Source: Gammaproteobacteria bacterium
Lineage (GTDB): Bacteria > Pseudomonadota > Gammaproteobacteria > UBA4575
DNA: 64,000 bases
Direction of reading: 5' to 3'
Assembly: GCA_965243395.1 (NCBI GenBank)
Contig: CBDEUS010000001.1
Coordinates: forward strand, 928,001-992,000
Shown here: positions 10,691 to 18,957 of the stretch, piece by piece
Layout of the letters: every line of letters starts with the position of its first letter
Numbering within the stretch: the first letter of the stretch is position 1
Translations under genes and position numbers: made by a program
The notes under the pieces: generated by a model
Seen by the model: the letters and a program-made list of their open reading frames with translations, nothing else
What the model was told of the DNA's origin: nothing
Database searches by the model: none

Positions 10691-11251
10691 TTGAAAGCAT
10701 CACTAGTATTTGGATTCATTTTATTTCTAGGTGTTTCTGCATGCTCACAAAATGTAGAAAAACAGCTCACAGAAAGCAGAGAAGCTACCCAACAACTTGG
10801 CAGTCAACTTAAAAAAAAGTTAGTGCAAAGCATGCAAACCGGTGGCCCAATAGGAGCATTGGACGTTTGCAATATAGAAGCTGAAGATATTGCAGGCAGT
10901 ATTTCTAACAAACTTGGATTAGAAGTAGGTCGAACTTCTCTCAAACTTCGTAACGTAAACAACGCTTCGGATGATTGGGAAAATGAAGTGTTACATTATT
11001 TTGAAAAGCAAAAACAATCTGGAGCAGAGATAAAAAACCTTGAAATCTATGAAATTACTAAAGACATGGATGGCAAGTGGTTTCGTTATATGAAAGCCAT
11101 ACCAACCGCAGAGGTTTGTTTAATGTGTCATGGTGATACCATTGCGCAACCCGTACAAGAAAAACTTCAATCTCTTTACCCAAATGATCAAGCAACAGGT
11201 TTTAAAGCAGGGGATATTCGCGGAGCTTTTACAGTGAAGTTAAAAATGTGA
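10691..11251 (+). CDS. DUF3365 (Tll0287-like) c-type heme lipoprotein
   Basis: Lipobox VSAC, GRTSLKLRN, FRYMKAIPT, CLMCHG heme motif, ATGFKAGDIRGAF; start uncertain (TTG 10691; track gives 10625). Confidence 0.82.
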   Translation: MKASLVFGFILFLGVSACSQNVEKQLTESREATQQLGSQLKKKLVQSMQTGGPIGALDVCNIEAEDIAGSISNKLGLEVGRTSLKLRNVNNASDDWENEVLHYFEKQKQSGAEIKNLEIYEITKDMDGKWFRYMKAIPTAEVCLMCHGDTIAQPVQEKLQSLYPNDQATGFKAGDIRGAFTVKLKM

Positions 11252-11280
11252 GTTAAGAATAATCTGACGTAAGTACAAAT

Positions 11281-11310
11281 AAAAAAGGGGGCAAAAGCCC
11301 CCTTAGTTTT
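11281..11310. terminator. bidirectional rho-independent terminator
   Basis: AAGGGGGC-AAAA-GCCCCCTT hairpin flanked by A and T runs, between convergent genes. Confidence 0.8.
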
Positions 11311-11328
11311 AAAGCTTTGAATAGATAT

Positions 11329-12606
11329 TTATCCAAACATTTCAGCAGTCATATTATTAAACCAGCTATATGCATATTCCACTTCGCGTTTAAGCATTTC
11401 TGGAGAAGCATCTTCAGGAGTCAATCCACCGCCAAGCTTTTTAATCTCCGAACGATCTTCAGCTAATTCATATACCGCTACAACAGAAATTCCATAATCC
11501 GGTGCAATCAAGCTATAGCAAGCATTGGCGTAAGATGCTACAGGTGCATCCTTGCCTTGCAATAAGCTGACTACGGCTGCAGCACATACTTTTGCTTGCG
11601 TGCCGGCCGCATAACCAGACTTAGGCATACCTTTGGCAATACTGGCATCACCAATCACATGCACATCTTTATGTTTTGTTGATTCAAAGGTACCGAGATC
11701 AACCGGGCACCAACCTGAGTCATCTACAAGATCAGAGTCATGTGCAATTTGGGCGGCGTGTTGTGGAGGAATAATATTGGCTACTGCAACTTTATGGTCG
11801 TCGAAGTCCGTGCTTACCGTCATATCTTTTGTATTTACTGACTTAACTCCACCACCTGTGTCTGCACCAGCAACCCACTCAATCATCTCTCCATATACTT
11901 TTTTGTAGCCTTGCATAAACAAACCTTGTTTAGAGAACTTGTCTTTAGCATCAAGGATAAGCAATTTTGACTTTGGCTTATTGTGTTTTAAGTGATGCGC
12001 AATTTGTGCAGCGCGTTCATAAGGTCCAGGCGGACAACGGAAAGGGTTTTGTGGTGGCGCAATAATAACGAGACCACCATCATCCATTGATTCTAGCTGG
12101 CTACGAAGCAAAGCAGTTTGTGGTCCTGCTAGCCAAGAGTGAGGCATCACTTCTGAAGCTTCTTCACTATAACCTTCAATAGCACCAAATTTTAATGAAA
12201 TGCCCGGGGATAGCACACAACGGTCATATTCTAATGTAGTTCCGTTTGCAGTCATCAATTTGTGTGCTTCAGCATCAACCATGGTTGCTTTATCTTGAAC
12301 TAATTTAATACCGTGGCTGGAAATATTATCGTAGCCAAATTTAATAGTAGAGATATCACGATCACCACCAATGACTTCGTTACTCATAAAACAAGTGTGA
12401 TGGTGTGCTTTTGGCTCAACAATGGTAACTTCAATAGATGAATCACCTTTTGCTATATATTTAGCAGCAATTAAACCGCCAACTCCACCACCAACAACTA
12501 CAACACGCTTCTTTGCCGCATGTGCGAGAAACGGAAAACTTAAACCACCAGTAGCTAATGCACCGCCAGTGGCTTTTAAAAAACTTCTTCGATTTAGATT
12601 TGTCAT
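11329..12606 (-). CDS. fccB: flavocytochrome c sulfide dehydrogenase, flavoprotein subunit
   Basis: Tat signal NRRSFLK, VVVVGGG Rossmann fold, PFRCPPGPYERA, MPKSGYAA, NACYSL redox Cys pair. Confidence 0.93.
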   Translation of the reverse strand: MTNLNRRSFLKATGGALATGGLSFPFLAHAAKKRVVVVGGGVGGLIAAKYIAKGDSSIEVTIVEPKAHHHTCFMSNEVIGGDRDISTIKFGYDNISSHGIKLVQDKATMVDAEAHKLMTANGTTLEYDRCVLSPGISLKFGAIEGYSEEASEVMPHSWLAGPQTALLRSQLESMDDGGLVIIAPPQNPFRCPPGPYERAAQIAHHLKHNKPKSKLLILDAKDKFSKQGLFMQGYKKVYGEMIEWVAGADTGGGVKSVNTKDMTVSTDFDDHKVAVANIIPPQHAAQIAHDSDLVDDSGWCPVDLGTFESTKHKDVHVIGDASIAKGMPKSGYAAGTQAKVCAAAVVSLLQGKDAPVASYANACYSLIAPDYGISVVAVYELAEDRSEIKKLGGGLTPEDASPEMLKREVEYAYSWFNNMTAEMFG

Positions 12607-12635
12607 TTTTTAAACTCCTAGCTAATCAGTAGTTA

Positions 12636-13295
12636 CTATTGGTTTGCATAAAATTGAATTAAATCACGCATTGCTTCATCACCAGCAGCGGTATGCGCTT
12701 CTTCCATTTGTTTTTTCATTTTCTTGGGCATTTCACGATTGCCATTATTGTAATCGTCAAGTGTATATTGTAAGTAAGGTACCCATTGACCAGCCAAAAC
12801 TCCTGCATCATCTTCTGCAGAGCTGCCACCATCTTCATGACATTTTTCACAATGCGCTTCATGTAATTTCGCACCAGACTTAGCTTGACCATCATCTGCA
12901 GCTTGTTCGGCACTTTCAAACGGCAATTCTGCAAAGTACTTCGCAATGAGTTTAATTTCTTCTTCGGAATACCCTTGAGCAATCCGATCCATTACTGTAG
13001 AGGCTCTGGCAAAGTATTCCACATCTTCAAAATCAGGATCCGATTCAATAATTTCATCAACTTTATCTTCATCATCGCCATACTTATAAGCGAGCATTGC
13101 GCCTATGATGTAAAGTTCTGACATTCCTGAAATGGTGGGCGTTGCTGGTCCTTCACTAATCCCTTCAGGTCCATGACAACCTAAACAAGTATTTGACAGC
13201 ATTTCTGCGCTAGCACCATCTGCAGCTGCAGGTGAAGTGAAAGTTACTCCAAACAATAAAATTAATAGAGTAACAAGGATGCGATGATCTAACAT
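12636..13295 (-). CDS. fccA: flavocytochrome c, diheme cytochrome subunit
   Basis: Sec signal, CLGCH and CEKCH heme motifs, STVMDRIAQGY; start at ATG 13295 behind AGGAGGA. Confidence 0.9.
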   Translation of the reverse strand: MLDHRILVTLLILLFGVTFTSPAAADGASAEMLSNTCLGCHGPEGISEGPATPTISGMSELYIIGAMLAYKYGDDEDKVDEIIESDPDFEDVEYFARASTVMDRIAQGYSEEEIKLIAKYFAELPFESAEQAADDGQAKSGAKLHEAHCEKCHEDGGSSAEDDAGVLAGQWVPYLQYTLDDYNNGNREMPKKMKKQMEEAHTAAGDEAMRDLIQFYANQ

Positions 13296-13439
13296 AGAAC
13301 TCCTCCTAATTCCTGGATCCATATGTTGTTATTAATCTGGTACATAGTCATGCATAGACTAAGTACGTGGGAAACTTTAGCACATTGAAAAAACGTATTT
13401 AGCTCTATTCTAATGAAAATTCCTGATTTGTTTTAAGAT

Positions 13440-14006
13440 TTAAGCTTTTTCGTCTTCTTCTTGCTCTTTAGGGATCTCGTGAGCAACTTCTTCAGGCTCT
13501 TCCGGGATTTCATGAGCAACGCCTTTATGGCAATCAATACAGGTTTTTTCGCTGTCACCTTTAGCAATTTTCTTATGTTTTTTGCGCGCAGAGCGATCTT
13601 GTTCTTTTAGGTCCATTGCCGCTATTAAATGACATGACTTACATTCACGTGAATCGGTCGCTTTCATTCGATCCCAAACTGAATTGGCCATTTCCCAGCG
13701 ATAAGCTTCAAATTTTTCTTCCGAATCAATCGCACCAGTAATTTCTCCCCAGACGTCTTTAGCCGCACGAAGTTTTGCAACAAGTTTGGGCCCCGTTTCG
13801 TGAGGAACATGGCAATCAGAGCATTCTGCACGTACACCTGAAATATTTGTGTAATGAATACTCTCCATCCATTCTTCTTGCACCCATTGCATAGAATGGC
13901 AAGAGGTACAAAACTCAGTGCTGTTTGTAGCTTTCAATGTCACCGAGGAGCTAGTGCTTAAAGCTGCACCTATTAATAACAGTAAAACAATAAAAATTAG
14001 CTTCAT
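13440..14006 (-). CDS. NapC/NirT family membrane-anchored tetraheme cytochrome c
   Basis: N-terminal hydrophobic helix, FCTSCHSM, SGVRAECSDCHVP, SRECKSCH, KTCIDCHKGVAH. Confidence 0.92.
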   Translation of the reverse strand: MKLIFIVLLLLIGAALSTSSSVTLKATNSTEFCTSCHSMQWVQEEWMESIHYTNISGVRAECSDCHVPHETGPKLVAKLRAAKDVWGEITGAIDSEEKFEAYRWEMANSVWDRMKATDSRECKSCHLIAAMDLKEQDRSARKKHKKIAKGDSEKTCIDCHKGVAHEIPEEPEEVAHEIPKEQEEDEKA

Positions 14007-14317
14007 GTACTTAGTTCAATGAATAGAAATATTTAGAAAGGATAATAAAGGTAAGGAGTTTTCGCTATTTTTTTTAGACAACAAACATTGTGCCATTGCA
14101 TTTTCGGCTAACCAAGCCTCTCGAAGCTATATAAATTTTATATTTATTTAATAAATCAATTTAACTAAATAATATAATTCACTGAAAATAATGTAAATTA
14201 ATTAAAAAATGGCATGCATAAGTAAATTGAATTAGTACTTTATTATATACTAATATATCGTCTAAAGTATAATTAAAGTCCTGTACAAAGACCAACTACA
14301 TATAAACGTACAAACTT

Positions 14318-15622
14318 ATGAAAACAATTTTTCTATTTATCTTTGGATTAATAGTCTGGTTACTGCTAACCAACTATCAAGTTGTATATTCAAAAATTAC
14401 ATCTTTTGTAAATCTTGAAACAGAGAATACTGAACTTGTCAGCACTGATAACAATATCGAAGCTATCAAAGACACTGTTAATCAAGCAAACGAAAATGAA
14501 ACATCAGATACTAGCTCTGAATTAACTGAAGAAGACGTAGCGAGCCTAGGAGAAGAACAAAATACTAATTCTGATGAATCGATTGCAGAAGAAAATATAA
14601 TTGAAACAACAGATAAAACTGCAGAATCTCAACTGATTGAAGTTACAGCTGCTAGTAACAACCTTGAAGAAGCTGAAACAGATTCAGAAGAAGAGTTTGA
14701 AAAAGAGGCGGAAACTGAAATTGATCAAGCTGTTCAATCTCAAGTAGCTGCAAATTTTCCTATGTTTAATCAATCAATGATGTCCGCTTGGACACCATAC
14801 ATGAATAACAATGCCTATAACCCATGGGCGAACCAATATACAAATATGATGATGGCAATGATGGGTATGATGATGAATCCTGCAACGTACATGAACCCCA
14901 TGACGATGATGAATCCCTCAGTCAACATCATGACACAGCCTCAAAATTTGAATGCAATGATGATGTCCATGGATCCCAAGATGGTGTTCGGCATGTTTGG
15001 ACAACCTAGCCAAAGCTATAAAGAAGGCGAGACACCAGATCAACTACCTGTGGTTACAATTCCAGGTTTTCCTACTCAAACATATCAAAGCTGGCCAAAA
15101 AACACTGTTTCACCTGAAATAACACGTGAAGCAAAGCTCCACGCATTTCAAACTGCAATGGCCATGAGCCCGCTATCGATGCGCAATATGGTTAGCATGA
15201 TGGCCGATAAAATTCCTGTAGACGAGGGTGTGAGTTGGGATGATGCAGTCGAAGCTATGAAACTTCGCGCAAACGAAGTTAACTTTAAATTTGTGGGTTC
15301 AAGTCCACTATGGAAACAAATTGAAGCAGAGACTGAACAACCTTCTGCCAAAGTTGAAATGTTCCGCTTCTGCGATGCAAGAATGGCGAGAAAAATTTTA
15401 GATGAAGTACCCGAGTTTATTGTGTTTTTACCTTGCAAGATTGCGTTGCTAGAAGATGCAGAAGGTAAGCTTTGGGTAATGACTTTAGATTGGGACGTTA
15501 GCTGGTTGGACTATGCGCAAAATCCAAATAACCATTTATCTAAAGATATTCGAGAACATGCAGAAGTGATTAGGGAAAATATTCAATACATCATGGAAGG
15601 TGCGGCAACCGGAGATTTTTAA
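14318..15622 (+). CDS. membrane-anchored or exported protein: acidic linker, Met-rich segment, C-terminal DUF302-like domain
   Basis: Hydrophobic N-terminus, long E/T/S/N-rich region, MMMAMMGMMMNPATYMNP segment, C-terminal AVEAMKLRAN...FRFCD...FLPCKIALLED.GKLWV resembling DUF302. Confidence 0.75.
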   Translation: MKTIFLFIFGLIVWLLLTNYQVVYSKITSFVNLETENTELVSTDNNIEAIKDTVNQANENETSDTSSELTEEDVASLGEEQNTNSDESIAEENIIETTDKTAESQLIEVTAASNNLEEAETDSEEEFEKEAETEIDQAVQSQVAANFPMFNQSMMSAWTPYMNNNAYNPWANQYTNMMMAMMGMMMNPATYMNPMTMMNPSVNIMTQPQNLNAMMMSMDPKMVFGMFGQPSQSYKEGETPDQLPVVTIPGFPTQTYQSWPKNTVSPEITREAKLHAFQTAMAMSPLSMRNMVSMMADKIPVDEGVSWDDAVEAMKLRANEVNFKFVGSSPLWKQIEAETEQPSAKVEMFRFCDARMARKILDEVPEFIVFLPCKIALLEDAEGKLWVMTLDWDVSWLDYAQNPNNHLSKDIREHAEVIRENIQYIMEGAATGDF

Positions 15623-15664
15623 TTCTTTTTGATTAAATTTTAATTGTAATAGCGGAGAAGAGTA

Positions 15665-16432
15665 ATGATAACAAAGAGTAAAATCCTTCAATCAATTGCA
15701 GTTGTAATTGGTTTATTTATTGCTGGGGCTGCAGCGATTCATGCAGATGAACATGCAGGAAAGGATGCTGAAAATAAAGCAAACCCGACTGCTTCATATT
15801 TTAATTGGGGGGGTCAAATGAGTCCTGCGATGCAGAACTCAATGAAGCCTGAAGTCCAGAAAAAAATGATGGGTTGGATGGCTCGACCACAAGACATGAT
15901 GACTATGGAAGGTTGCGCCGCGTGTCATGAAGGCGAGAACTTGGCCCGAATTGCGAAAGACTGGGGCCCGATGCTGTCATCTATGAAGCCAATGGTGGAT
16001 ATGATGAACCCGATGACAGGCATGGTTGAACCCATGATGAACCCCATGATCAGCATGATGCACCCAATGGCGGATATGATGGGTCCAATGATGAATATGA
16101 TGGGACCAATGATGGCGCCTATGACTGGAATGATGAACCCTATGATGGGAATGATGACTCCTATGATGGCGCCTATGACTGGAATGATGAATCCCATGAT
16201 GGCAGGCATGGCTAATCCAGCTCTGATGATGAACCCAGGTTGGTACATGAGCATGATGGGACCAATGATGGGCATGATGTATCCCATGATGAACCCTATG
16301 GGGATGATGGGTGGCTATGGTGGCTATGGCGGTAACTCAATGGGTCAAATGATGGATCCTAAGCAGTATGAAAACTGGTTCAATCAGTGGACAGAGTCCA
16401 TGCAGAACATGGCTCCACAAACTAAACAATAA
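15665..16432 (+). CDS. exported Met-rich repeat protein with one CxxCH motif
   Basis: RBS GGAG, Sec signal ending IHA, CAACH, about 65 Met in 255 aa (hand count), PMM repeats. Confidence 0.85.
   Translation: MITKSKILQSIAVVIGLFIAGAAAIHADEHAGKDAENKANPTASYFNWGGQMSPAMQNSMKPEVQKKMMGWMARPQDMMTMEGCAACHEGENLARIAKDWGPMLSSMKPMVDMMNPMTGMVEPMMNPMISMMHPMADMMGPMMNMMGPMMAPMTGMMNPMMGMMTPMMAPMTGMMNPMMAGMANPALMMNPGWYMSMMGPMMGMMYPMMNPMGMMGGYGGYGGNSMGQMMDPKQYENWFNQWTESMQNMAPQTKQ
16338..16395 (+). repeat. 58-bp direct repeat, copy 1 (copy 2 at 16973-17030)
   Basis: caatgggtcaRatgatggatcctaagcagtaYgaaaactggttcaatcagtggacaga; 56/58 identical, both differences synonymous. Confidence 0.95.
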
Positions 16433-16453
16433 AGTAAGTTCATTTAATGTTGG

Positions 16454-16485
16454 TAAGTCGTGTGTAGAGCACTATGCACGACTTA
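16454..16485 (+). terminator. intercistronic stem-loop (attenuator, partial terminator or mRNA stabiliser)
   Basis: TAAGTCGTGTGTAG-AGCA-CTATGCACGACTTA, 14-bp stem including two G-U pairs, weak U tail. Confidence 0.6.
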
Positions 16486-16545
16486 GTTATTTCATCGCAT
16501 ACTAGTTTTATTAGCACTAACTACGCAATTAAAGGCAATTACACT

Positions 16546-17076
16546 ATGCAATCTCTCCAAAAAACAATCCTCTTCTTAACTATTACGTGTTGTCTATTCA
16601 TTGTTGGCGCTTCTAACAGTCTTGCTGAGAATAAAGAAAGCACTGCTCCTGATATGAGCGCAATGATGGGTATGATGAATCCAGCAATGTATATGAACAT
16701 GATGAATCCGATGATGGGCATGATGAATCCAGGGATGTACTCGAATATGATGAACCCCATGATGGGTGGGATGAATCCTATGAATCCCATGGCAGGTATG
16801 AACATGATGTACCCGATGATGGGCATGAGTGCTCCAATGATGGGATCAATGATGAATCCAATGATGGGTATGAATATGATGTACCCGATGATGGGCATGA
16901 TGGGGCCTATGATGTCTCCTATGGGTGGAATGGGAATGCCAGGAATGTCTTATAGCACCCCAAATAGTAATCCAATGGGTCAGATGATGGATCCTAAGCA
17001 GTACGAAAACTGGTTCAATCAGTGGACAGAAATGATGAAAAACTTCACACCCCCAACAAATACAACATCTAAATAG
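16546..17076 (+). CDS. exported Met-rich repeat protein
   Basis: Start at ATG 16546 gives signal peptide MQSLQKTILFLTITCCLFIVGASNSLA; about 52 Met in 176 aa (hand count); C-terminal MGQMMDPKQYENWFNQWTE. Confidence 0.85.
   Translation: MQSLQKTILFLTITCCLFIVGASNSLAENKESTAPDMSAMMGMMNPAMYMNMMNPMMGMMNPGMYSNMMNPMMGGMNPMNPMAGMNMMYPMMGMSAPMMGSMMNPMMGMNMMYPMMGMMGPMMSPMGGMGMPGMSYSTPNSNPMGQMMDPKQYENWFNQWTEMMKNFTPPTNTTSK
16973..17030 (+). repeat. 58-bp direct repeat, copy 2
   Basis: See copy 1 at 16338-16395. Confidence 0.95.
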
Positions 17077-17105
17077 TATTCGTTTTATTTATTAGACAAA
17101 TATAA

Positions 17106-17582
17106 ATGAATAAAATAGTTCAACAAGCGCTCTTCATAATCCCAATTGCTGCATTAATTGTTGCCCCATTAGTAATTGATCATGAAAAAATAGAATCAAA
17201 ATTTTTTAGTTCTGAAAAGTCAATTACACAGTCTCAATCTAACCATCATAATGATGTAGATTTTAATCTACCGCATGTCGTTGATAATGAACAATATGCA
17301 ATGTCCGAACCATTTTCAGAACACTCTTTTTTCATACATCCATGCAATATGGGCAACCCTATGGACCCTGCTGCTTGGATGAGCATGATGATGCGTATGA
17401 TGAATTACATGCAAATGACGCAGATGATGCAGCAAATGACTAAAATGCCGACCGGGATGACTAATCCATCAGCGACGTGGATGAGCCCACATATGATGAT
17501 GCCAAATCAACCAAATACCGCGAAGCAGCCACTAAGCCCAAAGGAATATGAGAAGTGGTACAACGAGCAGCTTAAAAAGTAA
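17106..17582 (+). CDS. membrane-anchored Met-rich protein
   Basis: N-terminal hydrophobic helix, MDPAAWMSMMMRMMNYMQM segment, C-terminal LSPKEYEKWYNEQ similar to the neighbours' tail. Confidence 0.8.
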   Translation: MNKIVQQALFIIPIAALIVAPLVIDHEKIESKFFSSEKSITQSQSNHHNDVDFNLPHVVDNEQYAMSEPFSEHSFFIHPCNMGNPMDPAAWMSMMMRMMNYMQMTQMMQQMTKMPTGMTNPSATWMSPHMMMPNQPNTAKQPLSPKEYEKWYNEQLKK

Positions 17583-17780
17583 TTCTTGAAGTTATAAAGA
17601 GTGCTCAACTTGGCTGAAAATAAGGTTTATCCGCGCAATTATGAATTCTGATGCTTACATTTTAAACACTTGTAAAATCTCACAAACTGTACGATACATA
17701 ACTACAGTGATGTATACATCCATATATGCATTGGTATAATTCGCGGCCTTTAAAACTATTACCTCAGCGGATAGATAACC

Positions 17781-18926
17781 ATGGAAGAATTATCTAACTT
17801 ACATCTTGTTGCCCTACTAGGATTCTGTATAGCCTTAGTATTCGGCTTTGTTGGAAACAAAACCCATTTTTGTTCAATGGGTGCGATTAGTGATGTAGTT
17901 AATATGGGCGCCAAAGGCAGATTAGGTGCCTGGTTCCTTGCTATAGGCCTTGCCATCCTTGGAGCACAATTCCTCTTTCTTCAAGGTTATATCGATTTAA
18001 ATGCTTCAGTTTATTTATCCCCTAATCTTTATATTTTAAGTTATGTACTGGGTGGCATTCTGTTTGGTATTGGCATGACACTCGCAGCCGGTTGTGGTCA
18101 ACGAAATTTAGTCAGAGTAGGGGGCGGCAACTTAAAAGCATTAGTGGTTTTAATAATCTTAGGCATCACCGCATACATGACCATGCGAGGCGTACTAGCT
18201 ATGGTGCGATTGAATTGGGTGTATGCCGTCAATGCAGACTTAACGACACAAGGTATTCAAGACCAAAGTTTATTTAGTTATTTAGGTGCGCTATTTAATT
18301 TAGAAGATGCCAGTCTGCTAAGAAAAATTGGTGGATTTATCATTGCATTTGGCTTTATTGCTTATGCTTTTAAACAAAAAGAATTCAGAACCAGTTTTGA
18401 TAATGTTCTAGCCGGTGTTGTTATTGGCGTCTGTATTACCGCAGCCTGGTTTGTAACAGGCTATATCGGGCAAGATGACTTTGACCCGATCACTCCACAA
18501 GGCATGGCATTTATAGGTCCAACTGGTAACACTATTAGCTACCTTATGACGTTTACGGGTGCACAAATTAACTTTGGAATAGCCGTTGCTCTTGGCATGA
18601 TTGCTGGCTCATTTATTTATGCAATATTTTCTGGAAATTTCAGAATAGAAACTTTTAGTAACAAAACTGAAATGGTCAATCACATGATCGGTGGAGTATT
18701 GATGGGATTTGGTGGTGTATTGTCTTTTGGATGCACCATTGGACAAGGCGTTACAGGTATGTCTACGTTGGCAATTGGCTCGATGATGACTTTAGCTTCC
18801 ATCATCTTTGGCAGTGCGCTTACCATGAAAATTCAATATCACATGCTAGATGAAAAAGGCTTTTTCCCTGCGCTAGGCACCGGCTTATCTGAGCTACTTA
18901 TACCATGGAAAAAACAAGAAGCTTAA
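17781..18926 (+). CDS. YeeE/YedE family sulfur-compound transporter
   Basis: Multi-TM protein with three conserved Cys motifs THFCSMG, AAGCGQR, FGCTIGQG. Confidence 0.9.
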   Translation: MEELSNLHLVALLGFCIALVFGFVGNKTHFCSMGAISDVVNMGAKGRLGAWFLAIGLAILGAQFLFLQGYIDLNASVYLSPNLYILSYVLGGILFGIGMTLAAGCGQRNLVRVGGGNLKALVVLIILGITAYMTMRGVLAMVRLNWVYAVNADLTTQGIQDQSLFSYLGALFNLEDASLLRKIGGFIIAFGFIAYAFKQKEFRTSFDNVLAGVVIGVCITAAWFVTGYIGQDDFDPITPQGMAFIGPTGNTISYLMTFTGAQINFGIAVALGMIAGSFIYAIFSGNFRIETFSNKTEMVNHMIGGVLMGFGGVLSFGCTIGQGVTGMSTLAIGSMMTLASIIFGSALTMKIQYHMLDEKGFFPALGTGLSELLIPWKKQEA

Positions 18927-18957
18927 TAATTGTTCTACTTAATAAAATATTAATTTA

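Noticed and set aside
13455-13520. Tandem VAHEIP duplication at the NapC C-terminus
   Set aside because: Real 11-codon duplication but in a disordered acidic tail; probably neutral slippage
14080-14095. Possible sigma54 promoter for napC-fccAB (TGGCACAATGTTTGTT on minus strand)
   Set aside because: The -12 element reads GT instead of the near-invariant GC; too weak to call
15925-16898. Antisense Ile/Pro-rich ORFs (15925-16287, 16539-16898)
   Set aside because: Mirror products of ATG repeats (CAT/ATC) on the opposite strand; no RBS or signal features
15960-17030. Dense ATGATG repeats resembling a CRISPR array or satellite
   Set aside because: No constant repeat with unique spacers; variation falls at codon third positions and the repeats are explained by Met-Met codons in open frames
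17687-17707. CTGT...ACAG upstream of yeeE as a LexA box
   Set aside because: Spacer is 13 bp rather than 8 bp
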